NCBI GenBank assembly: GCA_963841565.1
Contig: CAWJCY010000012.1
Span: 96,001 to 160,000 of the forward strand
From: an uncultured Nitrososphaerales archaeon
Lineage (GTDB): Archaea > Thermoproteota > Nitrososphaeria > Nitrososphaerales > Nitrososphaeraceae
Direction of reading: 5' to 3'
Length of the DNA stretch: 64,000 bases
The position numbers and the translations under genes were made by a program. Positions 11,742 to 21,834 of this stretch are shown here, one piece after another (position 1 is the stretch's first letter; each line of letters begins with the position of its first letter). The notes below the pieces were generated by a model, which saw nothing but the letters and a program-made list of their open reading frames with translations, searched no databases and was not told where the DNA came from.

Positions 11742-12004
11742 AAGTTTAATCAGTATTGAAATATTAATGACCTGATTAGTACATGGGAACCATATAGAAA
11801 GATTAGTGAGTCAAAATATGCCAAACCATTGTGATTAGAAAATATGGCTGGTTTGACGTGATGTGCCTCTAATTTGACGTCCTTGTCAAATTACCCTCAG
11901 CACGATATTTTGCATATGTCATTTATCTACCAGATCGATGCAATATTTGCATTATTTTCATATATCAATTGTTTTCTGCATCAAAATACCTTAATGCCAT
12001 TTTA

Positions 12005-12300
12005 ATCAACTTGCAATTACCACAAGACCGAACTGCTTAATCCCGCTGACCTTACCAGAAGGAAATATTAGTACTTGGCTCTGCGAAGGTGTATCCTGTG
12101 CACCACTATTTGTCCGTTAGCATCGTAAAATGATGTCATACCTTTTACAAACTCTGCTGCTCAGGTACCGTTATTCAAAACTTCCGCCACTATTGAGAAA
12201 GATTCTTCGATATACATCTTACTTGCAAGTGATAGGTCCGGCTGCGCTTCTATTTTAATTACTTCCAAGGCTAGCAGCAGTAGAATCAGCTATAGTTGCC
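12005..12300 (-). pseudogene. Decayed secreted FxLYD-domain protein (boundaries approximate)
   Basis: LILLLLALE...IVAEVLNNGT*AAEFVKGMTSFYDANGQIV, with in-frame TGA at 12161-12163. Confidence 0.6.
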
Positions 12301-12941
12301 CTCGGTGCTGTCATTTTAATCCTTGACTTTGCTCATTTCATTCTCATCAAGGATTGTAGCTTTCTGAAACACATAGCAAAGTTAAAGACAGTCTTAGATA
12401 AGGGTACACAAAAATGAAAGCATACAGATTGCAGATCGGACATAATAGGAAGTTACAAATTAGTGAATACTGGGTCAATCTGAAGCTAAGGCAAAATTCA
12501 GCATTAAGAGAGTAACACACGAAGAGGAAGAAGTGTCATTCATTTTTTGTTTTTAAACTATGTAGTAAAATAAATGCTGTTTACTTTTCATTAAGAATCA
12601 GGATTTACTTACCGACTCTACGTAAGTTGAGATATGCCCATTTAATTTATGATCTGGATTATATTATTATTACTTTCTAGTCCTTTCGTACATGTAGGTA
12701 CCATCCAAGTTAACGGTCTTTGATTTAACCTAATTCTTCTTTTGTTAAGCTTAAATCATTCCTTTGCGATATCCACTGATGAAATTTACTTCGCGTCTAT
12801 TTAGTTCCTTCGATACTTGTTCACGCGTAAGAAAAGAAATGGTCTATGCGTCGTTTTGCCTTCCATAGATCTGTTTCCAAATCGAATCGTCTTCCTTGTT
12901 GCTTTGCTGATGATGATTATTTGATAGAATTGGAATAAGTG

Positions 12942-13129
12942 CCACCCGATGCGTCCGAAGCGTCCGGAAGATGATTTCGGGCATGATTTCTGAGGAAATT
13001 GTCGGACGGCACTTCGGGTGGACATTTGGGAAAATGGAAAGCTACAAACCCGTAGACTTGTCGGAGTCATCCACCTGAGTATATATACGGCGCACATTTG
13101 AGCGGTGTATATATACGGCGCGCACATTT
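12942..13129. repeat. GC-rich nested inverted repeats plus a direct repeat
   Basis: ccacccga/tcgggtgg (12942/13014); cgtccga/tcggacg (12952/13002); gtatatatacggcg(cg)cacattt at 13079 and 13107. Confidence 0.75.
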
Positions 13130-13331
13130 TGAAAGAATTCTCAAATCAATTGCGCAGCTCCCATTATGCAGCTCGATACCCATTGCAAAGAGGAATTGTA
13201 TTAGAACTCATGTTTATTATTTCCTGTCTTATCGAAGGGACAGCGCTTCATTTGTTTAAATACCCCGGAAGTAAGAATCTGGTTCAAGTCATATGTAAGG
13301 CTGTAGTCCTATAAACCGATACACTAATGAG

Positions 13332-13351
13332 GCGGGTTCGGTGGGATTTGG
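13332..13351 (-). repeat. att site: duplicate of the tRNA-Lys 3' end
   Basis: gcgggttcggtgggatttgg vs gcgggttcggtgggattcgg at 14961-14980 (19/20). Confidence 0.9.
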
Positions 13352-13404
13352 TTGAAAATTCATTCATATCCCAAATTATGAGAAGTCCCCCCAACTGGAC
13401 ATTC

Positions 13405-14302
13405 TTAATCGCTTAGAGTCTTTTTTCCATGAATAATCCTATGACAAGGCTTGCACAACCAGCGTCCATTACTTAAGATAGTTTGCCCACCCTTTGAATG
13501 CTGTATTATATGATCAGCTTGGCCGTCTTCAAATTCCGTAAAGTTTTCGCACCTTGCACAAGTCTCCTTTGCTTTGAGACATATTGCCAATCTTTCCGTA
13601 TCATTAAAGCGACGGTTTGGATCCCTGGGTTTCAAATCAGGAATAGCCTGCAATAGTTCTGATGCCATTATGTCGTATTTATCTTGCAACCGCAAAAATG
13701 CAAATTTATTGAAATATGCATAGCGGACATATGGATCTTTACTTTGTTCGTTAGCCCGTTGCGATAGCTTTGAAACTTTGCTGATGAATCTTATTATGAA
13801 TTCTGCAAGACTATTTTCGAAGCCGTGGATTGAATATGCTGGCAACAGCTGAGAAGCTATAAGATGAAGAACCAGAATGTCAGATTTAGATCTTATAACA
13901 CGTGCCCTAGTACCTAGTATGTTTTTTAATGTTGTGAGCGAATGATTGGTCTTGTCTTTGGCCTGACGTGGGAAGCCGTTCTTGAAGGAATCATAGGTTC
14001 TCTTCAAAGAGGTATACCCAACATCCGTATTGCTAGGATAGACAGAAAGAGTCAACCTTTGAGCAGCGTAGTAACGATAAGAAAACCTTATATTCTTAAG
14101 CCTAGTAGAACCAAAAAATTTATGCTTCGAAATTTCTATTACTGCTTTTCTCATTTTTGACCTTTCTGCATTGAGTTTTTCAGCAGGATTTAACCTCACT
14201 CCTTCTTGCAGCCGCATAAAAATTTCGGTAATAGTATCGTCATCGGCGTATTTACGATTTCGTAGTTGTTGAATTTCCTCTTGATTTTCCTTTCGTAATT
14301 TG
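13405..14302 (-). pseudogene. 5'-truncated DUF262 + HNH endonuclease (GmrSD-like)
   Basis: EIFMRLQEGVRLNPAEKLNA (DUF262 end); CARC...ADHIIQHSKGGQT..NGRWLCKPCH (HNH); no QR/DGQQR N-terminus. Confidence 0.75.
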
Positions 14303-14907
14303 ATATACCTCTCTGGTTCCCCATTGTAAACTATTAGTTTGCCTGCGACAAGGTTGTTATCCCTTCGTATAGCCGACCAATCTGATACTGATTTTAACGG
14401 CACCCTCTCTGATACCGCTTGAAAGCAGGACTAGAGTAAGTGCTTTCCCCCGCAAGTCTGCATTGTCATAGATTTCTCGTATCTCTTCCTTTGTAGGTAT
14501 ACGGTCCATTGCGTAACCTCTTGCATTAGGCATAATACGTCTGATTCTGCGCCAGTTAATTGCCGCAATATCATTCATTTCTAGCAGTAATTTGATTACT
14601 TTGACAGGATTCCTAATGGTTCCTCGTGACAATTCACCACATTCAACGCGTTCAACTAAGTGATTGACATAATGAATAAGTAATTTTTCAACGTCTTTTG
14701 GTTTAGTCCTTGCAAACTACACAAAGTTATCTGGATTCATCGATATGTGTTTTAAGAATGTAATTAAATGCCGTTCGTAAGGGTCGCCGTATTAGTATTC
14801 CTAAGTGCTACGGTGAATAACTCAATCGCTTCACTTCCTTCTAGTATTGAACGATCTACTATTGCCTTTTCTTCCTTGTATGTGTAAGAATCTGCTGTGT
14901 CAATCAT
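14303..14907 (-). pseudogene. Tyrosine integrase N-terminal remnant
   Basis: ELFTVALRN../DPYERHL..FV*..DRIPTKEEI..LLSSGIREGA/..VAGKLIVYNGEPERY; two frameshifts, one stop, catalytic C-terminus missing. Confidence 0.85.
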
Positions 14908-14961
14908 GCGGTATTCGTATAATCAGACACTTATACTTTTAGGATTCAGACGTTATTCAAG

Positions 14962-15054
14962 CGGGTTCGGTGGGATTCGGACCCACGACATTATAACCCA
15001 ATTTACACTGACTGGTTAAGAGCCAGACGCTCTACCTGGCTGAGCTACGAACCC
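14962..15054 (-). tRNA. tRNA-Lys(CTT) with 19-nt intron at 42/43 (14993-15011)
   Basis: Cloverleaf GGGTTCG/CGAACCC, anticodon loop CTCTTAA, BHB helix AACC/GGTT; TTTAAA box near 15084. Confidence 0.93.
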
Positions 15055-15194
15055 ATCAGGTGGAACTTCAAGATATGCAGATATTTAAATCTAATATAGA
15101 AGCATCTAATTCTTCACGTTCGATAAATTAGAAAGTTAGACCGTTGTTCCACCTTTGATTTTCTGCAAAAAAATGAAATAGTCCGAATTGCTAT

Positions 15195-15797
15195 TTACGC
15201 TGGTACATTGGTTGCTATTTGGTTCTGATCTCGTTCCTTTAACAACGTGACTATAGCATCCGAAACTGAACAGTGGAGCCTTTCTTTCTCTTTTAATACG
15301 CGTCTATATGCATCAAGGGTTATATAGACTGGTATAGAACCCGTCCCCTCTAACAACGCCTTTACTCTATACAGACCATTTTCCATACCTCGTTCGGCAG
15401 TTTTCTTTAATTTGACTTTATCCATTAAGCCTCCAAGTGGGCCTAAAGGCATATCATAGTCAACGCGCATACTGATTTTAGTAGCGGTGCTATTGACTTC
15501 CTCAAATTCAACTACTATTTCCCATCTCTTGAAAGGCCCGTCAATCATCTTAGCTACGATTCGACGGTGGGGCACATAATCTATTGTTTCACAATCCCAC
15601 TCTAACTTCTTGCCATCAAAATCCCCGCTTATTCTAAAAATGGTTCCAACTCCAAATCCATTCTTAACCTCCAAAGGGATAATATTCAATCCCATATTTT
15701 CAGGGAATTGATCAGCCATGTGTTCAGGTCTCGCGAAATAGGTAAAAACCTCGCTCAGGGGAGCCTTAATCTCCATTGATTTGCTAATCGTAGTCAT
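15195..15797 (-). CDS. SRPBCC/START-domain protein with putative C-terminal RHH
   Basis: MTTISKSMEIKAPLSEVF..., GPFKRW, YDMPLGPLG; tail IPVYITLDAYRRV..K......SVSDAIVTLL; TATA near 15830 supports ATG at 15797. Confidence 0.85.
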   Translation of the reverse strand: MTTISKSMEIKAPLSEVFTYFARPEHMADQFPENMGLNIIPLEVKNGFGVGTIFRISGDFDGKKLEWDCETIDYVPHRRIVAKMIDGPFKRWEIVVEFEEVNSTATKISMRVDYDMPLGPLGGLMDKVKLKKTAERGMENGLYRVKALLEGTGSIPVYITLDAYRRVLKEKERLHCSVSDAIVTLLKERDQNQIATNVPA

Positions 15798-16254
15798 TTC
15801 CTTATGCTGAAAAAACCCGATCACAGAATTTAAAGGTTTCCTGATATGTGACATCTTGTAGCCCTCGGTAAGTTAAAAATCTACCATCGTTTAGACTGGG
15901 AAAGAATCTTTCATTGTCATCATGGTCAAAGACCTACTCTTATTGAGATTGAATTGAGAAGTGAAAATAGGCAGTATTATGATTATAAACCAGAATTCGA
16001 CAGCACTTGACAGGAATATATCCACAAACATGGTGCAGTTTCATAAACTCAATCGAAATTGTGAATTGGCCTCGTAAGAATGGCTTAACCTTCAATAATG
16101 TCAATCATAAGATGTTCTTTCGGTCATTTATATGACCATATTAGCTATAATATCTTCAAAGGACTAGAAATTAATAATAAGTCTCTTCTTCATATAATGA
16201 CATTTGAATAGGAATTATGAACTATTGATTGGGTATTTTGAACTAAATTAGCGG

Positions 16255-16923
16255 TCAGTCTATCCGGTACTTGACCTTCCTGACTATGTCCTTTGATATC
16301 TGGATAAGGGAACTAAGATCCATCATATCGGTATTTAATGAGAAATCAAAAACTGAGAGATCCTTCCCAAATTCAAATCCGTATAAATCTTCATAAATCC
16401 GTCTATTCTGGTAATCCCTCTCCTTTACGATTTCCGTAGCCTCAGCGAAGCTAATCTTATCCCTAGTTGCCATCCTTCTAGCCCTATTCTTGGCCGAACC
16501 TTGAAGCCATAGCTTGATACATTTATCCTTTACCAACCATGGAAGAGTGTAGCTTGTGATTACTGCATTACCGCCTTTTATGATCTCCTTCAACTTATTA
16601 TCGACTTCTCTATCGGAAGTAGAATCACTCTTTCTTTTCTCCATGAATTGTCGGCCCTCCTTACTGTCCCACCAGTCGGTACCAGATGTTTGGTATCCCA
16701 TGTTAGTAGCTATCTGTTTAAGGATATCACCACCGTTGTAAATCTTCAGTCCAAATTCATCGGCTAGCTCAGCGGCAACAGTAGTTTTACCAACCGCAGG
16801 CCAGCCTGAAACAATTATCGAGAACGTTTGTATCTTATTTTGGTTCCATTCGTACACCGCCCTACTAGCACCGAAATTTTTAACATTGATGGATTCGTTC
16901 ACCTTCTGGTTTAACAGATTCAA
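16255..16923 (-). CDS. cmk: Cytidylate kinase, archaeal type
   Basis: SGWPAVGKTT P-loop, DREVD, position after secY-adk-DUF106. Confidence 0.9.
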   Translation of the reverse strand: MNLLNQKVNESINVKNFGASRAVYEWNQNKIQTFSIIVSGWPAVGKTTVAAELADEFGLKIYNGGDILKQIATNMGYQTSGTDWWDSKEGRQFMEKRKSDSTSDREVDNKLKEIIKGGNAVITSYTLPWLVKDKCIKLWLQGSAKNRARRMATRDKISFAEATEIVKERDYQNRRIYEDLYGFEFGKDLSVFDFSLNTDMMDLSSLIQISKDIVRKVKYRID

Positions 16924-17537
16924 TTTCCGGTAATGCTAGGCATAGACGTTTTGGTGACCTTGGAAATTATGCCGCTAAATGCAAAAGACGTAATCAAAAA
17001 CCATCCCCATAAGAAAATCTCCCCTGGGATAGAACATGCACCTTTTGGTTGACCGTCAGCGTCGACTTGCTGATCTAACTGAACGTTTTGTTGACTACAC
17101 GTTATCCAGGGAATTTGGATAGGAGAAAGACCAGCAGTAGAACCAAAAATGGCAGGAAACACAAAAATCCAGACCAACAGAGAGGGCATCATATAAATGA
17201 GCATAGGCCTCATCTGCTGCTGTTGCATCTCCATTGTCATCTTGTTTACTGAAGCTTGTTTCTTTTTTAATTCCTCAACTCGAACTTTATCGCGTTTCCT
17301 GATAGCATCTGTATACTGTTTTCGCCATTCGTTGGTTTCTTTCATAACTCTGTTCATCTTGTCGATATCTGTAGTCCGCTTCCTAAGCAGAGCCATAGCA
17401 AAGTTCATCGATATAGCAATTAGTGCGGCTACAATTAGTGCAGATACCATATCTGGGAAAATAGGAGTCTTCGTGTAGTGAGGAGTTAGACCAGGCAACT
17501 GCATAATAAGGGATTCGATAATGCTTTGTGGTATCAT
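16920..17537 (-). CDS. EMC3/TMCO1 (DUF106) family membrane insertase
   Basis: TM, coiled coil, MRPM, GWFLITS; conserved synteny. Confidence 0.9.
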   Translation of the reverse strand: MIPQSIIESLIMQLPGLTPHYTKTPIFPDMVSALIVAALIAISMNFAMALLRKRTTDIDKMNRVMKETNEWRKQYTDAIRKRDKVRVEELKKKQASVNKMTMEMQQQQMRPMLIYMMPSLLVWIFVFPAIFGSTAGLSPIQIPWITCSQQNVQLDQQVDADGQPKGACSIPGEIFLWGWFLITSFAFSGIISKVTKTSMPSITGN

Positions 17538-18142
17538 TTTCCATTATTCCTAGACGACATTACTTCAATCAATTCATTGACGGCATCTTGTAGCCTGTCT
17601 CTATGGTTAAAAATGAGTTTAAATGGGGCGCCGGTCAACACAGAAGACGTTGCTACCATGATGGTTGCTACATCTAAATCATTCTTGATACTGTCAATAG
17701 AAATTAGATCTCTATTTCTTGTCTCGTCTTGCATTCTTCGTGCAAGAATTTCTTCAGGATCTGCTGAAATCAAGACCAAATGCGTAGGAGACAATATATC
17801 CAAAAGATTTCGCGGCATGCCGGGATACCTTCCTTCACTAGTATTGATAAAAAGATGAGTATCGATGATAAGATTGTCAATTCGTACAGCACTGATGCGC
17901 TTAGCTGCCATTTCTTGAAGTTGACGCTGGGTAGTAACTGATAGCTTTCGCATTTCATCCCTGTCTCTAATACCCATTTTTTTTGCCTCGTCCAACATTA
18001 AAGAACCAAACACCATTACCTGAGTATTTGACCCTAATTGGTTCAATCGTTCAGCAGCTTGAGTGATGACCGTCGTTTTTCCTACCCCTGGCACACCAAC
18101 TACAACTACCCGAGCATTGCTAAGTATATTATTTCCTGCCAA
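17534..18142 (-). CDS. adkA: Adenylate kinase, archaeal type
   Basis: GVPGVGKTT, RDEMRKL, IDTH, PGMP; TTG start at 18142 preferred. Confidence 0.93.
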   Translation of the reverse strand: MAGNNILSNARVVVVGVPGVGKTTVITQAAERLNQLGSNTQVMVFGSLMLDEAKKMGIRDRDEMRKLSVTTQRQLQEMAAKRISAVRIDNLIIDTHLFINTSEGRYPGMPRNLLDILSPTHLVLISADPEEILARRMQDETRNRDLISIDSIKNDLDVATIMVATSSVLTGAPFKLIFNHRDRLQDAVNELIEVMSSRNNGK

Positions 18143-19569
18143 GTAAGGCCGCCAATTTTGGCATATGAACATCAACCTGTTCACGCACAAGTAAGTTGTA
18201 GTAATTTACCAGGATATCTACCATCAGCAGGATACCTATTCCTGAGCCAAAAACGTTTAATACGTCTGAAATCGATGCCAGCAGGCCTATAGTTACACCT
18301 CCGATTATAGTTACCGACGGTATATATCGATTTAGCAAAGCTTCCACTGATCCCTCGGAACGTCTAAAACCTGGTACCTGTACGTCTGCGTCCAGCAAGT
18401 TCTTTGCAGCAGCTTTAGGCGACAGACCACCAAGCTCAACCCATAATTTCGCAAAAATTGTTACGATGGTAGTGAGGAATAGGACATATGCTACAGCCCG
18501 TAAAGGATCTTGAGCTGCAGCTTCAAAACTCCTTGGAGGAGTCGTATAATACAACAATCCTCCAGTGGGACTTTGTGGATTCTCAGGATCATATTGCGCC
18601 ACATAGTTGAAAGCGGGGTTAGAATTCTGGGGATTATAATTTGCCCACATCATTTGGCCGATAAACACAGCATTGGCTAAAAGTGCTGACGCCAGTATAA
18701 CCGGAATGTTTGAAGTATACAGCAACTTGATAGGATAAACTGCTTTAAATCCTCTATATTTAGTCGATACGATAGGGATATCAATGTGAATTCCCTGGAC
18801 ATACACAAGCGCAGCCAATACCAGACTAGTGACTATGAGGCCAAAGATACTTGGCAGCTGTCCCGACCTGAAAAATGCTTCCTGGAAATCGCCGTTTATA
18901 GCTGATTCCACCATGAAAGGAACTATACCAACACTTCCTCCATCTGGCGCTGGAATAGGACTGAATACCGCCCACCATATACCCTGAGCTACTCCAGCCA
19001 TTATGAAAAGGCTAATACCCGATCCTAATCCCCATCCCTTTTGCACCAACTCATCTAGCAGCATGACTATCAAACTAGCACCTATCAACTGAGCAATGAC
19101 GATTGCTACAAATTCGGGTTGGGCTACTAACCCTCCATAAACGCTTGCACCATATAGTGTACCTTCCGCAACAATAACTATAATCGTGACAAGTTTGGTC
19201 GCAGAAGTAAACAACGCCCTATCGTCTGGGTTTTTGAAGTTGAGCTTTATCAGCTCGGATCCCTTAAGAAGTTGCATTAACAGACCAGCAGTGACTATTG
19301 GTCCAATGCCCAATTCCAATAACGTTCCCTGCTGAGCAGCGAAGATTACTCTAGCGAAGGCTAGGAAATCAAATGCAGGATCATCTGTGACACCGTAAAG
19401 TGGGACTTGTCCCATAATAAGGTAGATAAGCAGAGCAATACCACACCATACAAATTTCTCAGTAAGAGTTAATTTTTTCTTGGGCTTTTCGACCTGCGGT
19501 ATGTAAGTAGATACGCTGCTTTATGACGCGCCGAAATGGACTTTCACTACTTTGAACTGACTTTTTCAT
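18129..19569 (-). CDS. secY: Preprotein translocase SecY, one-base insertion near 19518
   Basis: SPFRRVIK/VSTYIPQVEKPKKK...LLELGIGPIVTAG...VPGFRR. Confidence 0.95.
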
Positions 19570-19987
19570 TCAGAACTATTTCGCCTCCTGCTAATTCGAT
19601 CTTTTGTTTTGCAGTTGCAGAAATTTTGGCCACTTGTACTACAATGGGTTTCTGAAGCGTTCCTCCTCCCAAGAGCTTGTCATAACCAATCGATCTCAGA
19701 TCTAGTACTAGCTTGCCATGTTCATTAACACTGCCGAACCGCGCTGCCAAATCGTTCACGTCTCTCAGATTAACCCAACGATTTAACCTATTTTGTCGCA
19801 TAGTTTTTGTAGAATCATGTCCAAAATGATCAGGTTCTTCAATGACAGTTCTGATCCAGAAATGTTTGTGTTTTCCTGCACCGCCAGTTCCACCTCGGCT
19901 ACCAGATTGCCTATGTTGTCCTATCTGTCCCCAGCCACAATACCTACTTCCTCTCTGTCTTCGACTCTTTCTCAATCTAGTAGCCAT
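19547..19987 (-). CDS. rpl15: 50S ribosomal protein uL15
   Basis: RKSRRQRGSR..GWGQIGQHR..GSRGG.G.AG. Confidence 0.97.
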   Translation of the reverse strand: MATRLRKSRRQRGSRYCGWGQIGQHRQSGSRGGTGGAGKHKHFWIRTVIEEPDHFGHDSTKTMRQNRLNRWVNLRDVNDLAARFGSVNEHGKLVLDLRSIGYDKLLGGGTLQKPIVVQVAKISATAKQKIELAGGEIVLNEKVSSK

Positions 19988-20075
19988 AATCAGTTACTTC
20001 TCTCCCACGTTCAAACTCAACGTCTTGGTGTTGGAAATGGGTCTAACCTTAAATAAGTCTTGCTCCGTGTCTATC

Positions 20076-20534
20076 TCACATCATTTTCTTGACGAGATCG
20101 ATCAATAATTTGTTCTCTCCAAGGATTCCATTTTGAGTTGTTTGCTTCTTGACAGACTTCTTGAACCCACCGCGAGGTGGATTCAATGCAAACCATGGTT
20201 TTATACCGTTGAGTTTGGAGAATACTACTGCATCACTGGCTATATCAGATGCAAGTTTGTCTAAATTGCTATACTCCTTTGGTAAGTCAGATTCCTTCAA
20301 AGATTGTGACGCTGTCTTTCTACCTTTCTTATCTAAAAGGTCTTTCACTGTCTCATTGTCAACGCGACACCACGTAACAAGTTGCCTTATTCTATTTAGC
20401 ATACCCGAATACTCGGTACTTTCTGGCACAATCGTTGCTCTGAATTTCTTCGCAAGATTAAGACTCTCCAAGGTGGTATTGGCCCAATATGGAACATTAA
20501 CAGTACCACGCATCCTAACAACCAAATAAGCCAT
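20076..20534 (-). CDS. rpl30: 50S ribosomal protein uL30
   Basis: VVRMRGTVNV, FALNPPRGGFKK. Confidence 0.96.
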   Translation of the reverse strand: MAYLVVRMRGTVNVPYWANTTLESLNLAKKFRATIVPESTEYSGMLNRIRQLVTWCRVDNETVKDLLDKKGRKTASQSLKESDLPKEYSNLDKLASDIASDAVVFSKLNGIKPWFALNPPRGGFKKSVKKQTTQNGILGENKLLIDLVKKMM

Positions 20535-20552
20535 TACTTTAATTGCACCCCC

Positions 20553-21164
20553 CTATCCTTTACTATAAGTGCTCCGCAAAGCGTCAAATATAGCCTTGGT
20601 AGTCGAAGACATTGTACTGGTTGACCCAAATGATTTCGTCCATGCGTCAGTTAGTCCTGCTAACTTTAACAGACTCCGTATATTCTCACCCGCAACCAGC
20701 CCAAGGCCTCTAGGCCCGGGAATAATTTCAATGGTTACACTACCACCTCTGCCTGTCACTTTGAAGGGAACAGAATGTGATTGATTACAACGACACTCCC
20801 AACTTCCACATCCGCGCTTCACCGGAATCACGTTCAAGAAGGCTGTATTAGTGGCTTTATCGATTGCAATTCGCATCTGAGATGCCTTACCCTTTCCTAT
20901 CCCAAACCATCCTGCCTCGTTGCCTACTGCTACAACAGCATTAAATCTAGTCATCTCTCCAGCATCTGTCTGTTTCTGCACAATACCTACGTGCACAACC
21001 TGACTTCGAATGTCTGGAAGCAGACGCTTTATAATTTCTGATTCTTGTATCCTGAGTCCATTTTCGTAGACTTCGTCCATCGAGTTTATCTTTCCACTTG
21101 CCACCAGCAAGCCCAAGGATGTCCTAGGTATCCACTCAGAATGCTGCTGATTTTGTCGACTCAT
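20553..21164 (-). CDS. rps5: 30S ribosomal protein uS5
   Basis: WIPRT.LG, VQKQTDAGE, RGCGSWEC. Confidence 0.97.
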   Translation of the reverse strand: MSRQNQQHSEWIPRTSLGLLVASGKINSMDEVYENGLRIQESEIIKRLLPDIRSQVVHVGIVQKQTDAGEMTRFNAVVAVGNEAGWFGIGKGKASQMRIAIDKATNTAFLNVIPVKRGCGSWECRCNQSHSVPFKVTGRGGSVTIEIIPGPRGLGLVAGENIRSLLKLAGLTDAWTKSFGSTSTMSSTTKAIFDALRSTYSKG

Positions 21165-21180
21165 TTCAATTTACTCCAAC

Positions 21181-21798
21181 TCACTTCTCTTCGCCTGTAA
21201 CTTTGTTTAGTCCATCTGGAGAAGTAATAGCATCCTTAACTTTTTGCACGTAGCCGCTGTATTGGGTAGGATCGAAATTATTAGCGATTAACCTTGAAAA
21301 GTGACTGTTGTAAGCGTCTTTATTCTCATCTTGCAGTATTCTGGCATATTCTGCGATGTGATTTCCCACCAAGCGTTCCTCGGGCGGAAACGAAGAATCT
21401 GATGCAGGGATCTTCATCCCAGAATCAATTAAACCTTTAAGACAAGCAGCGACTCTAGATGTAAACGGGTTCTTTCCTGTATAAAGGACAGCCTCGTCTA
21501 CATCCTTTCGCAACGACTTCTTGCCCAACAATAAACCTGTTAAGTAACATGCAGGGAGGGAATTCATGGAACCGTTCCAACCGAATCTTGCGAGTTCTCT
21601 GCTGTGTGAGGAGGTTATAGTAACATCCCCCTTTGCCATCGGGTACGCGATCTGAGCTTGAACATTCTCGTCACTAACGGTTATAGTAACAAATCTTCTT
21701 TTTGAGAGAAGGAGAGCAGCCCTCTTCCTGTAATTTGTGCGACCATTTCTTATCCTCTTGAGCGTAGCAATGTAACCCATTATATTTTCATCTTGCAC
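21181..21798 (-). CDS. rpl18: 50S ribosomal protein uL18 (start may be the second Met)
   Basis: GRTNYRKR..LL, NSLPACYLTGLL. Confidence 0.96.
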   Translation of the reverse strand: MQDENIMGYIATLKRIRNGRTNYRKRAALLLSKRRFVTITVSDENVQAQIAYPMAKGDVTITSSHSRELARFGWNGSMNSLPACYLTGLLLGKKSLRKDVDEAVLYTGKNPFTSRVAACLKGLIDSGMKIPASDSSFPPEERLVGNHIAEYARILQDENKDAYNSHFSRLIANNFDPTQYSGYVQKVKDAITSPDGLNKVTGEEK

Positions 21799-21834
21799 CC
21801 TTTCACGTAATTATAACCAACGAATGAAAAGCCT

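Larger units (their letters stand above)
13332..14980 (-). mobile_element. Decayed 1.6-kb integrative element at tRNA-Lys
   Basis: att direct repeats, tyrosine integrase remnant next to the tRNA, defence-type cargo fragment. Confidence 0.85.

Noticed and set aside
13079-13129. Direct repeat considered as a mini-CRISPR
   Set aside because: Only two copies with a 7-nt gap; no cas genes in the window
12801-13314. ORFs of 108 and 69 aa over the repeat block
   Set aside because: Unnatural composition; by-products of the GC-rich repeats
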